From: Phyllobates terribilis
Lineage: Eukaryota
Direction: 5' to 3'
Length of the DNA stretch: 64,000 nucleotides
NCBI RefSeq assembly: GCF_046119375.1
Contig: NW_027362762.1
Coordinates: forward strand, 839,108,001-839,172,000
In this document: positions 47,231-58,152 of the stretch, piece by piece
Layout: every line of letters starts with the position of its first letter
Numbering within the stretch: position 1 is the first letter of the stretch
Position numbers and translations under genes: made by a program
The notes under the pieces: model-generated
What the model was told of the DNA's origin: nothing
The model's database searches: none
The model's input: only the letters and a program-made list of their open reading frames with translations

Positions 47231-50200
47231 TCAAATCCTCCAACGTGCGGGTAACTGGCCTCTAGTGGCCCTAGTGGACCTACGGAGCTGACTGTCTGGC
47301 CCTGAACTACAGGGTGTAGGAGCTGTCAAGGGTAAACTGGGCAGCTGTCTACGGGCTCTTTGGCTCACTAGGGGTACGGCAGGCTCACTATAAGCAGAGG
47401 GTTGATCCTCCTGTTCTGCTTGTGTGGAGTCTTTTGCCTCCTGGACCGGCGGCTCTCCCAGCTCTACCTGTTGCTCCGTAGGCACTTGGGATGCTGGTTG
47501 GAGGAACGTGAGGACGGGTACCACAACTGCACCATTGACTTGAGTCCAGGACCGAGGGAAGTCTCCGAGCACAGTACTAACCATATCTTCCCTTTTCTCT
47601 ACGGGTCGAGGGTCTTCTTGTTCCCCTTCTGGGTTCCGTAGCTGTTCGGGACACTTCTTCAGGTGATCCCGGGATACAATGGCTGTGGTTTCCCCTCCGT
47701 CTTTACTGATGGTACAAACCTTTGGGTTGTCGTGGCTTGAGGGCAGTACGGTGTACGGGTCCTTCTCCCACTGGTCGTCCAACTTGTGGAGCCGTCTCTT
47801 CCTCTTCAAGACCTGCTCTCCGGGTACCAGGGGAACAGCGGGAGCATACTGGTTGTAAGTTTTCTCTTGTCTTTCCCTAGCCAGACAGAGACTTCGCTCC
47901 ACGCTCTCCTGTACTTTCCGGTAATGCTGCTGCCTCTCTGTGTCCCAGTCTGCTTCCGGTGAAGTGTCCTCGGGTGTCAGGACTCCCATCTCCAGGTCAA
48001 CAGGTAGCTTACCAGGCCTTGCCCTCATTAGGTAAGCCGGGGTACAGTTGGTGGAACCTACAGGGATGTAGTTGTATAGGTCCACCAGGTCGGGCAGCTT
48101 CTCAGGCCACAGACTGCGTTCTTCCAGGGGCAATGTTTTTAGAAGATCTATCACCACCTGGTTCATTTTCTCACAAAGTCCATTAGTTTGCGGATGATAG
48201 GGTGTCGTCCTGATCTTCCGGCAGCCATACAGAGTACAGAACTCTTGGAAGACCTGCGCTTCAAAGGCAGGTCCCTGGTCCGTCAGCACCTGCTCTGGGT
48301 AGCCGTGTGGACGGCAGAAGTGCTGCTGGAAGGCTCTAGCTGCTGTTTGAGCCGTTAAGTCCTTGACGGGGACGACAACCAAGAACCGGGAGTAGTGATC
48401 CACGATGGTTAATGCGTAGACGTAGCCACTTCTGCTTGGGGTCAGTTTTACATGATCCAAGGCCACCAGTTCCAACGGCTGCCGGGTGACGATGGACTGA
48501 AGGGGGGTCTTCTGGCTGGCACGGTCCTTCCTTCTTAGGTTGCATGGGCCACAGTCTCTGCACCACCTCTCGATGGTTCCTCTCATGCCTACCCAATGGA
48601 ACCGCCCGCGCAGCAGGAACTCCAGCTTCTTCCATCCGAAGTGCCCAGCCCCGCCGTGGTATGCCTCCATCACCATAGCTGCGTCCCTTCTTGGCACCAC
48701 TACTTGCCAGACCAGTTCATGCGTCCGGGAGTTAACCATTCTGCGGCACAACTTCCCCTTGTAAAGGAACAGTCGACTCTTCTCAGCCCACAGTTGCTTG
48801 GTCTCCTCCGGAGCGTCCGGGTCAAGGCAAGCTTCTGGCTGAGTCAGCATCTCCTTCACCAGCCGAACGGCAGGGTCACTGTCTTGCGTTTCCGCCCAGT
48901 TGTAGTGAGGTAAGGGGTTGAACGTAGCGGCTTGCTTACCCCTTACACGGTGGGAATACTGGACAGTCCCATGACGGTGGAACGCAGGGAGTTCGACCTC
49001 TTCCAAATCTTCTGAATCCTCACCCTCGTCTGGTAGGTTTGGCATCCTAGACAGGGCGTCCGCGTTGGTATTGGAGCGTCCTGCCCGGTATTTGATTGTG
49101 AACTCATAGTTGGACAGGCGGGCCATCCATCTCTGCTCCAGGGCACCGAGCCTTGCCGTGTCCAGATGCGTCAACGGGTTGTTATCCGTGTACACGGTGA
49201 ACCGGGAAGAGGCGAGGTAGTGCTTAAAGCGTTCGGTGACTGCCCACACCACTGCCAGGAACTCCAGCTTGAATGAGCTGTAATTCTCAGGGTTTCTTTC
49301 GGTGGGTCTCAGTTTTCGGCTGGCGTAAGCAATTACCCGTTCTTTCCTCTGCTGGGTCTGGGACAGTACGGCTCCTAGCCCAATGTTACTGGCGTCGGTG
49401 TAGAGGATAAAGGGCTGGCTGTAATCAGGGTATGCCAGGATTTCATCCCCCGTGAGGGCCATCTTCAGCTGGCGGAAGGACTCTTCTTCTAACTTCTCCC
49501 ATCTGAAGGGCGGCTTCTGGTTCTTGGCCTTCCGGGACTGGCCTATCAGGAGGTCCTGCATAGGAGCTGCCTTTTTGGTGAAACCGGGAATGAATCTGCG
49601 GTAGTAGCCTACCAACCCTAGGAACTGCCGCACTTCCTTTACACTGGAGGGACTTGGCCATTCCTTAATTGCGGTGATCTTATCAGGGTCGGGAGCCACT
49701 CCGTCAGCGCTCACCACGTGTCCCAGGTACTGCACCTTTGGTTTCAGGAGGTGACACTTGGAGGGTTTCACCTTTAGGCCGTAGTTTGCCAGAGCTTCGA
49801 ACACTTCCGCCAGGTGTTTCAGGTGATCCTCGTAGGTTTTGGAATAGACGATGAAATCGTCCAGGTATAGCAGGACCGTCTCGAAGTTTCGGTGTCCCAG
49901 ACAGCATTCCATCAACCGTTGGAAGGTTCCTGGTGCGTTGCAGAGTCCGAACGGCATGCAGGTAAACTCGCTAAGTTCCATCGGGGTGGTGAATGCGGTC
50001 TTCTCACGGTCCGCCTCTGCTACAGGAACCTGCCAGTACCCGCTAGTAAGATCCAAAGTGGAGAAGAAATTAGCAGATCTTAAAGCAGCCAAAGACTCCT
50101 CTATCCTTGGTAAAGGGTACGCATCTTTGTGTGTGATATGGTTGATTTTCCGGTAATCTACACACATTCTCATGGTGTTGTCTTTTTTTTTAACCAAGAC

Positions 50201-51487
50201 TAGTGGAGCTGCCCAGGGGCTACAGCTATCCCTGATTACCCCAGCCTCCTTCATGTCTCTGAGCATCCCCTTGGCGTGTTGGTAATGTGCAGGGGGTACG
50301 GGTCGGTATCTCTCCTTTATGGGAGGATGATCTCCCGTGGGGATGTGGTGTTCTACCCCCTTGACTCGCCCGAAGTCTAACGGGTGTTTACTAAACACTC
50401 TCTCATACTCTTGAACCACCCGATAGACTCCCTGTTTCTGGTGTGAGGGAGTGGAGTCAGTACCCAAATGTAGTTGCTGACACCAGTCCTCCATTGTTTT
50501 CTCAGAGCCGTTACCTTCCTCCGGAGAAGATGGAGGCAAGGGTTCTATGGACTGTATGGAATTTCGATTGATGGTATACAATTTGGCCAGCGTGGCATAC
50601 CTGGGCAGGTACACTTCCCTCTTCCCGATATTCACTACGCGAACGGGCACCCTCCCATGGCGTACATTGACCACCCCCCGTGCTGTCAAAATGGTGGGCC
50701 TACTGTCCGAGTAAACTGGTTCTACCATTGCCTGGTAATCTCTACCTCTCAGACCAATAGCTGCCCGGCACCAAATCATCATTTCACTTTTTGGGGGCAT
50801 GGCAATAGGGAAAGGGTCACACATTCTCACGCTACCAATCTCACCACCGGAGAGTTCCACCTGTTGCTGTCGCATCAGTGCCCGGATCTCTTTCTGGAGC
50901 ACTCGCTGCTCGCCGGAGCTGGCGTTCTTGGCAACCTGCTGTAAAATGAAAATCACTTCTGCAAGACAATTTTCAATCACATTAGTTCCTAGAGTTATCT
51001 TTGGGTGACTCTCGTGTTTGTCAATGTCTACAATGATCAGTCCCTGTGCTGCCAGTTCGACTCTACCGATTTTAATGGTCACCTCTTTAAATCCGATCTG
51101 TGGCACGGGCTGACCATTGCTGGCGATGATACTCAAGTCGTCGTCAGGGTAGCGGGTTATATTCGAGTCATTCCAGTACTGCTTGAAGAGCACGTACGGG
51201 ATGGTGGTGACCTGTGACCCGGTGTCCAGTAGGGCACTCATAGGAATGCCATCCAGTACCACAGGCAAGACTGGACGTCCTCCCACGTATCTGTCACGCC
51301 AGTTCGATGGGCCTGATGATCTTTTTCCTAGGGGTTGGCCCTCTACCCTAGGTTGGGCCAGTTTAAAGGACAGTACCTTGCCATATGTCCGGGTTGATTG
51401 CAGCGGCGGCAGATGGGTTGTCCGTCCTCGTTGTATCGGTCGCTGGGTCTTCCTCTGGCCGGTGGGGTCCTCCTTGGTCGACGCCAC
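47231..51487 (-). CDS. pol: Gypsy Pol polyprotein (PR-RT-RNase H-IN), probably entered by -1 frameshift
   Basis: LLDTGSQ, CVDYRKIN, LDLTSGYWQ, MPFGL, YLDD, YTDAS, H-x4-H..C-x2-C, LDHV/TDQG/GLCE. Confidence 0.96.
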   Translation of the reverse strand: MASTKEDPTGQRKTQRPIQRGRTTHLPPLQSTRTYGKVLSFKLAQPRVEGQPLGKRSSGPSNWRDRYVGGRPVLPVVLDGIPMSALLDTGSQVTTIPYVLFKQYWNDSNITRYPDDDLSIIASNGQPVPQIGFKEVTIKIGRVELAAQGLIIVDIDKHESHPKITLGTNVIENCLAEVIFILQQVAKNASSGEQRVLQKEIRALMRQQQVELSGGEIGSVRMCDPFPIAMPPKSEMMIWCRAAIGLRGRDYQAMVEPVYSDSRPTILTARGVVNVRHGRVPVRVVNIGKREVYLPRYATLAKLYTINRNSIQSIEPLPPSSPEEGNGSEKTMEDWCQQLHLGTDSTPSHQKQGVYRVVQEYERVFSKHPLDFGRVKGVEHHIPTGDHPPIKERYRPVPPAHYQHAKGMLRDMKEAGVIRDSCSPWAAPLVLVKKKDNTMRMCVDYRKINHITHKDAYPLPRIEESLAALRSANFFSTLDLTSGYWQVPVAEADREKTAFTTPMELSEFTCMPFGLCNAPGTFQRLMECCLGHRNFETVLLYLDDFIVYSKTYEDHLKHLAEVFEALANYGLKVKPSKCHLLKPKVQYLGHVVSADGVAPDPDKITAIKEWPSPSSVKEVRQFLGLVGYYRRFIPGFTKKAAPMQDLLIGQSRKAKNQKPPFRWEKLEEESFRQLKMALTGDEILAYPDYSQPFILYTDASNIGLGAVLSQTQQRKERVIAYASRKLRPTERNPENYSSFKLEFLAVVWAVTERFKHYLASSRFTVYTDNNPLTHLDTARLGALEQRWMARLSNYEFTIKYRAGRSNTNADALSRMPNLPDEGEDSEDLEEVELPAFHRHGTVQYSHRVRGKQAATFNPLPHYNWAETQDSDPAVRLVKEMLTQPEACLDPDAPEETKQLWAEKSRLFLYKGKLCRRMVNSRTHELVWQVVVPRRDAAMVMEAYHGGAGHFGWKKLEFLLRGRFHWVGMRGTIERWCRDCGPCNLRRKDRASQKTPLQSIVTRQPLELVALDHVKLTPSRSGYVYALTIVDHYSRFLVVVPVKDLTAQTAARAFQQHFCRPHGYPEQVLTDQGPAFEAQVFQEFCTLYGCRKIRTTPYHPQTNGLCEKMNQVVIDLLKTLPLEERSLWPEKLPDLVDLYNYIPVGSTNCTPAYLMRARPGKLPVDLEMGVLTPEDTSPEADWDTERQQHYRKVQESVERSLCLARERQEKTYNQYAPAVPLVPGEQVLKRKRRLHKLDDQWEKDPYTVLPSSHDNPKVCTISKDGGETTAIVSRDHLKKCPEQLRNPEGEQEDPRPVEKREDMVSTVLGDFPRSWTQVNGAVVVPVLTFLQPASQVPTEQQVELGEPPVQEAKDSTQAEQEDQPSAYSEPAVPLVSQRARRQLPSLPLTAPTPCSSGPDSQLRRSTRATRGQLPARWRI
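51327..51367 (-). promoter_or_regulatory. Candidate -1 ribosomal frameshift signal
   Basis: T TTA AAC in the gag frame (51361-51367), an 8-nt spacer, then a CCTAGGG..CCCTAGG stem. pol is in the -1 frame relative to gag. Confidence 0.7.
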
Positions 51488-52323
51488 GGGATGTCCTCCG
51501 GTCCGGATGCCAGCTGGATCTTCCCCGAAGTGGAAACCTGTAAAGACTGCACAGTTCGGGTTAGCGCAGCAACGCTTTTAGCTAGCTCTTGGACCTGATG
51601 GTGCAGGTCTGGAGCCGGGTCATTGCTCAAAGCCTGCGCATCAGTTCCCACAGGCCCTGCCGACAAGGGCGCCGCCTCCTGGTGGTAAGTGGTAGTGGGG
51701 CGTCTGTGGGTCACAACGCCACCTGGTGCTGGTTCTCGGAGCACCCGGATGGCTCTGTCCTTGAACTGTGCAAATCCCAGATGAGGGTCCTGTAAGGCCA
51801 TTGCCCGCAACTGAGTTCGGTGGGCATTGCAATATAAACCCTCTATAAATTGTTCAGTCAACAGCCTGTCCTCGTCTCCCACGCCGTCAGTGTCGGTCTG
51901 CTTAAAGGCTCTCAGGACCTCTTGTAGGTTCAGGGCATAGTCCCTTATACTCTCTTGTGCTCGCTGCTTGCACCCGTAGAATCTAAGCTTGATCTCGGCT
52001 GAGGTGCGGGTATCAAAGGTGTCCCTCAGCCGGGTTAGTATCCCTGCGACAGTCCTCCCCCCAGGTGGCCAGGACTTTACCTCCCTTTGGGCTGCCCCGG
52101 TTAATTGGGCCACCAGAATGCTCACTTTTTGCTCTTCTGTGAGGGGGTACACCTGGAAGAGGCTATCCAGCTTTTCTCTAAAGTCATGCAGGGTATGTGA
52201 CTCCCCTGAGTACTGGGGTAGCCAGGCTGCCCCCGGGATATAGGGCATGGTGAAAGGCATGACCGCAACAGCGGTGGCGCTGGCGGGGGTTGGAGCGGTG
52301 AAGCTCTCCTCCGTATCCGACAT
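51343..52323 (-). CDS. gag: Gypsy Gag
   Basis: 326 aa with a CCHC knuckle, CRRCNQPGHMARYC. Confidence 0.92.
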   Translation of the reverse strand: MSDTEESFTAPTPASATAVAVMPFTMPYIPGAAWLPQYSGESHTLHDFREKLDSLFQVYPLTEEQKVSILVAQLTGAAQREVKSWPPGGRTVAGILTRLRDTFDTRTSAEIKLRFYGCKQRAQESIRDYALNLQEVLRAFKQTDTDGVGDEDRLLTEQFIEGLYCNAHRTQLRAMALQDPHLGFAQFKDRAIRVLREPAPGGVVTHRRPTTTYHQEAAPLSAGPVGTDAQALSNDPAPDLHHQVQELAKSVAALTRTVQSLQVSTSGKIQLASGPEDIPWRRPRRTPPARGRPSDRYNEDGQPICRRCNQPGHMARYCPLNWPNLG

Positions 52324-52674
52324 CCTTCTCCCCCCTAGTGGACCGTGGCCTACCTTGCGATGATCCTCTTCCGTAGGCCGCAGTGGATCGTCAGGGTTGA
52401 GGACCTTCCGTCGCGCTCCTGTGACGTCGGCGTCGGCTGGGCTCCTTCCAGGACCTTACGCAGCGTCCGGACGTGAGGCGGGGCTTCAGTTCTCGCACGC
52501 TTTTCGGAGTCCACGCCCCTCTTCTTCCCGCGCGGCGTCCTCAAGATGGCGTCCAATGGCGGGAAAACTCCACGGATGGCGGGAAGAAGGCCGAAGATGG
52601 CGGGAATCTTCACCACAGGTAAGTTAAAAAGTCTCTTTTTCAGGCACGCAGTACCCAGTGGTTGCGGGCACGAG

Positions 52675-52692
52675 ATCCTGCCGACTACGCCA
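52675..52692 (-). promoter_or_regulatory. Primer-binding site, tRNA-Ser
   Basis: TGGCGTAGTCGGCAGGAT lies 5 nt from the 5' LTR and is complementary to the 3' end of vertebrate tRNA-Ser (..ATCCTGCCGACTACGCCA), from recall. Confidence 0.82.
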
Positions 52693-52697
52693 AAAGT

Positions 52698-53695
52698 TGA
52701 CGCGCCCCTGGGCCTGCTTTCTGGTGTAGCGTTGCGCATGCAGGGGTTACCCGGAGCCGGATCTATTAGGGGTGGTAGTCCTTGTGGCGGTGACCCGGTC
52801 CGTGCCCAGGGAGTCAGACTGAGTGGCGGTGTACGTAGCAGTAGATATTGGACGACTACGCCACCCGTTGAATGCAGCTATGGAGCCGCCGCTGCAGGGC
52901 AGACCGCTGAGGCCGGTGACACAGTTGTGCAGCGGAGATGGTATAACCCCCAATGGGAGGGGTATGGCCTCAGGGCAGCCGACGTGGATGATGGGGGTAG
53001 CAGGAACCACTCGGAGACGGTACGGTGTAGTTCAGGGTCTTTACTGGTGACAAAGACAGACCCTCCCGGAGTACTGGCTAGCGAATGGGGCCTGGTCAGT
53101 CCTTGAGCAGATGGGATTTCCCCTGGCCAGGCGGAGCTGTAGGCCTCCCCAACTAACTGTACTCTTCTGGCTACCTTGCTAGAGGCGGGTAAAAGTAGCC
53201 CACGTCCCTGAGTGTACCGTGTGGTGCTCACCCGTATGGCCGGTGACTCGGGGCCTTCTATTTGCTTCCGCTCCACGACGGCGGTGCTGGTCCCACGCGT
53301 GTGACCGTGCCTTCGGGTTTCTTGGCCAGAGGACCGGAAATCCCCTGCCTGACGGATTCTGCTGCTGGGTAAAAGTTAGTCCCCACAGCCTCGGACTCCG
53401 GGTCCGGTGAGAAAGCTTCGATCAGGGCGAGCTCTACAGCTACCAGCCCCTGACCTCTTCTTAGCACGATTCCCACAGAGCTCCTGGTCTTTCTTTCCTA
53501 TTACTGCTTCTCTTCTTCTCTCTACTCTTCTCCCTAACCCTGCCTCAGCCCCAGGTTTATATAGGGGAAGTTCTTCCCCTCCCAGGACTGGGCAGGAGGT
53601 GTGGCATGCATAGGATCCCTGACCAAGAGACCTCCCACCTGCTCTCAGACATAACATTGCTGTTACTGTGGAAACCAGACCCCTGGGGTGCCACA
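52698..53695 (-). repeat. Gypsy 5' LTR
   Basis: Direct repeat of 45873-46870, followed by the PBS on the minus strand. Confidence 0.96.
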
Positions 53696-55949
53696 CATAT
53701 ATTACTGTACTAGGTGTACATACTAAATATTTAATAAATCATGATATTGTTAAATTTGTTTCCATTTTTCATCATTTGAATCAATAACATGTCTTCTTCT
53801 TGGTGCTGCAATTTTAATGTCGAAAATTGTTTATGGCTATATGTAAATACCATATGGTAACCAGTGGAAATAAAACACTGCACTGACTGACTTTATAAGC
53901 TTTTTAAAAAGTAAGAGTAGTCCATAAATTATCCCTTTTAGTAGCAGATGCTCGCCTTGCTGCTGTTTATACACAGGCAATGTGCAAGGAAGAAGTCATG
54001 GCATACATACAAGTAGTGGTCCAAAAATCATCCCTGATTGTGGAGCAGCAACAGGCTTGTTGTTTGTTAAATGAAAAAGCTATAGATTTTTAACAAACCT
54101 TCCAAAAGGTATCCCTTTTGTTGGAGCAGCCATAGATTTGCTGTTTAGAAAGAGAAAAGCAATGGCTTTTTAAACAAAATATGCAAAAAAGTATTCTCTT
54201 TTTTGGTAGGGTTCATATACTCTGTACAAAGTAGTGTTCTAATCAGCAATACAGTATAGCCATAGCATACAGGTATGCTATGCAGTGGTAGTGGCATCAA
54301 CCACACAGTATATAATTAGATGGGAGAGGCAAGGAGATGTCTGACTATGTAGGGCCACCACTGGCAGCCTTGACAGCAATACAGTATAGCTATAGACCAC
54401 AATGGACAGACAGGAAATTTGTGGCTCTCTATAGACAGAGGCAATGACAGCAACTGAAAAGTGGAGAATGTGATGGGATAGGCATAGAGATGTCCAGCTA
54501 TATAGGGCCAACAGTGGCAGACCAAGCAGCAGTTGTGCAGTATAAATATAACATGATTAACAGGCAGGTATCTGGTTAGGCATGGAGAATGAGCTCTGAC
54601 AGCATCAGAACAGGGTTGAGCACAATCAACAGAAAAGCCGAGTTGTAAAGTGCATCAGGTTGGTGCAGTGGCAGATAAAACATTTGGTCCATCATGTCAT
54701 AGACACTGTAATCTCTTCTGCTGACTAGGCTAGTTGTTGTAACCCTAGAACTGGCACAGGCAGGGGAGTGTTGGCTCTGCGGGGTAGTGAAAATGGGGTT
54801 CTGGTCTGTCTTGAATTGATAAGTCCATGTCCCCCTCCATTTCTACCCTCTTCCCCCTCCTCCACATCCTGCACCAAGTAACATTGACCTTGAAGGTCCC
54901 CAACAGCCACAGGACAGAATTGAATATGTATAAATTGCCTACTTCCTCTATTCATTGTTGCATCTTTGTGAGTGTTTTTTTCCAACATAAGTAGCATGAT
55001 AGCATTGGTGATGCCACAGTTCTCCCTACTGACAAGCTTATTAGAGAGCTCAGTAGATGAAACATGTCCCTCAACAGCTGCTAATGGTGGATTTCAAAAT
55101 AATCTAAGCTCCAGTTTGCCTGCTGAATGATATAATCAGTCACTGTTTTACTTATGCAGCATTGAAATCCAGCATATTATTATGGCATTGCAGATCAGGC
55201 AGCACTCAGGCAGGAGGTCATGTTTCTGTAAAGCCTGAAGGGTGTGCTTCTCCACATAAGAATTGTTGATATGAGCAGGCACATCATTGTCAGTTGCAGC
55301 TAATGGGAAGCCATCCAGGGTGATATTTTCTGCTTAATGCAGGTGAGCAACTCATCTGCTTTTTGTCTTTTTTCTGCTATGCACACAAGCTATAAAACTG
55401 CTTTGCAGTGCTTTATATTGCAAGAATGAAAATAATTATGGTGGGGAGTAGTGTTGAGCCACCCCCGTAGTGTTCGAGTTCGGTTCGGTTCGTCGAACAC
55501 CCGTGTGTTCGCCGAACTGTTCGTCGAACTGTTCGTCGAACACCTTCGAACACCGTTAAAACCAATGGCAGGCAAACAAAAACACATAGAAACACATAGA
55601 AAACACCTTCAAAGGTGTCCAAAAGCTGACAAACTGCTCAGAAGACACAACTAACACAAGGAAAAGTGACAAGTACATATAGTCATGCGAAAAGAAAAGA
55701 GGTGGAGGAGTAAAAGGAGGGGGAGACACAGATATAGGCATGTCATGCCCTTCTAAAATCCAAAAAGTGAGAAGCCGAGACGGCCAGTCCGCTCCTGCCC
55801 GTGCCACCTCCGTGTCGCCGGGTTTGTGCCAGAGCCGCGGTGAACCCTGACGGCCAGCCCCCCTCTCCCAATACTGGTGCCTGTCCGCTGGTGGGTCGAG
55901 AGAGCCCCCCTGTGGTGGAGGCAGCTCTAAGCTTTTTAATTTAAATTGT

Positions 55950-56219
55950 CCCTCTAATTTGAATGAATACACTTTAAATCCATTTACAAGGATCTATTGG
56001 AGGGCAAGTCTCATGCCAGCAGCCGCGTAATTCCAGCTCCAGTAGCGTCCACTAAAGCTGCTGCAGTTAAAAAGCTTTTATAAGGATCGAGCTCGGCTGT
56101 CCACCGCAAGGCATCCTAGTGCCAGTCCCAGCCCCTATGCCTTGGGGTGCCTCCTGATGCTCTTCACTAAGTATCCCGTGGTCCCGAAGCATTTCCTTTG
56201 AAAAAATTAAGTGTCCAAA
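55950..56219 (+). pseudogene. Diverged 18S rRNA fragment inside hAT copy 2
   Basis: Same sequence and same offset from the TIR as 18644-18913. Confidence 0.9.
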
Positions 56220-56333
56220 CTACAGGTGGTGTAGCTTGCTTAACAGCCGGGATAATCCGCTGACTAGCAGACACTGCTACTAGGCACAAAGTATTTCCTG
56301 GGCTAGATACAGTTAAAAATTTGTAAGTAGATA

Positions 56334-58152
56334 CTCTCGTTGGATGCTGAGAAAGCATTCCATAGAGTCTCCTGGCACGCCATGTATGATTCTCTTAAAA
56401 AGCTTGGGGTAGGGGTCTAGGGGACCCTTTTATAGCCAAAATCACGGCCCTGTATCACAATACGTCACCTAGGCTGAAGATAAATGGAACTGTAGCACCG
56501 AGGGCTCGGTTGCTACAGACGTATTGCACCTCACCCAGAGGTGTGATATCTCACTCTCAGATAAGGATGGAGTGTGGATCAGGACCCGACACCTGCATGC
56601 ATTACACCACATTGCCGTGGGGCAGGGCGACCAATATGCCCCTGAGATGGGCACGACAGTCCCTGTCCCTGGCTGGAGTGGGGGGAGGGAACACTGAGGA
56701 AGGGGAACCCTGCAGTGCAGGAGCAGGGAGGAAGCAGTTCCTGGGTGCATTGAGAAGGGAGTATAAAAGGTGGGCACCATCTTAGTTCAGTGCAGAGAAG
56801 TCTGAGCAGAAGTGGCAGGGAGCAGGGGCTCTGCATGAGCTCTGCTCCGGAGGCGGGCCTAGTAACAGAGGCCCAGGCCTGCAAGAGGGAGAAGGAAGGA
56901 AGAGGAGCGGAGAAGGCTCCAGGAACGAGGAATGAAGGGATCCCAGGGGTGCGGACGGGCGAGTCGCCACCGCACGCCCGAATCCACCTGCGTGGAGGGA
57001 TCAGGCCAAAGGGGGAGACCGGTCCCCGAACTAGTGGAGGCAGGAAACGACCCTCAGCTAGAAACCGGAGGCTCTGACATTTTATGTGGCGCAGCCCCTT
57101 GCTCCACCCGCTAGGAAGGCACCACATAGGGTCAGGGAAACTGGCGCCAAGTTTACCAAGAGGAGGCCCGAGGCAGCCGGACAGAAGTGTTGGTAAGAAA
57201 GGCCAGACAAAGGACACACAAAGGGGGTCCTGTGAAGCGCTCCAAAGTTATCTGGGAGTTGTCTGAGCCCCTCACCTGGTGAGCACAGTACGACGTGGGC
57301 AGCTGTTACCTGCAGACGTGGTCTGGATAATAAGAACTGTGAGTAAAGGCCCTGAACTGCATCACTGACTCCGTGTCGTTACTGCTGCTGCCCTGCACCA
57401 TCACCCCCATCCTCCGCATACACTGCCCTGAGGCTATACTCCTCCCGTGGGGAGTTATGCTACGCTCTGCTGCACCCACAACACCAGCCTTAGCGGTCTG
57501 CCCTGTAGCGGCGGTTCACTCTGACCGCAATCCACGGGTGGCATAGTCGGACATTTAAACATCAAAACCACATAAATAGTTCCGCCACTGGTTTGACCGC
57601 CCTGAGCCACGGAACCGGATCGCCGCCACGAAGACTACAACCACCAGCATCCACCAAAAAGGGTCCGGCTCCGGGTGTCCCAAGGCCCAGGGGGTGCGTC
57701 AGAACATTTTCATCACCTTTCACAATCACCAATGGGACAAGGCAGGGATGTCCTCTGTCCCCTCTCTTATACATCCTAGTGACGGAGCACCTGCTCTCAT
57801 CAATTCGCCATAACCCCAATATTAGGTGGATTGAGGTGGGAGGCACCGAGTACAAGTGCTCTCTATTTGCTGATGATGTCCTAGTATATATCACTCAATC
57901 ACATATATCCATCCCTGCTGTTATGGCTGAAATAGATCACTTTGTTACATGGTAAAATTTTAAAATCAATGCAGCGAAGTCTGAGGCCCTCGATGTCTCC
58001 CTCCCTAAATCCATATAGGATTCCATCCAGTCCAACTTTCCCTTTGCCTGGCCCTCACAGGGTATCAAATACTTAGGAATTCCTATTCATAGAGACCTCT
58101 CCCATCTATGTTATCTTAATTTTGGGCCCTTTATTGAACAATTCCATACAGA
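56334..58152 (+). pseudogene. L1/Tx1-type RT fragment split by a solo LTR (copy 2)
   Basis: Homologous to 19028-20849. Confidence 0.88.
56491..57701 (+). mobile_element. Gypsy-type solo LTR (copy 2)
   Basis: TG..CA with TSD GAAC, at the same site in the L1 fragment as in copy 1. Confidence 0.9.

Larger units (their letters stand above)
45873..53695 (-). mobile_element. Full-length Ty3/Gypsy LTR retrotransposon
   Basis: Two 998-bp LTRs (TG..CA), 4-bp TSD CATA, PBS, PPT, and uninterrupted gag and pol. Confidence 0.97.
45745..53830 (+). pseudogene. Old Tc1 3' remnant (45745-45872 and 53696-53830), split by the Gypsy insertion
   Basis: QVHSA*QNIPQTPINSLNDNMPRQVSA|YITVLGVHTKY resembles a Tc1 transposase C-terminus; TIR-like GGTGCTGCAATTTTAATG follows. 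Confidence 0.6.
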
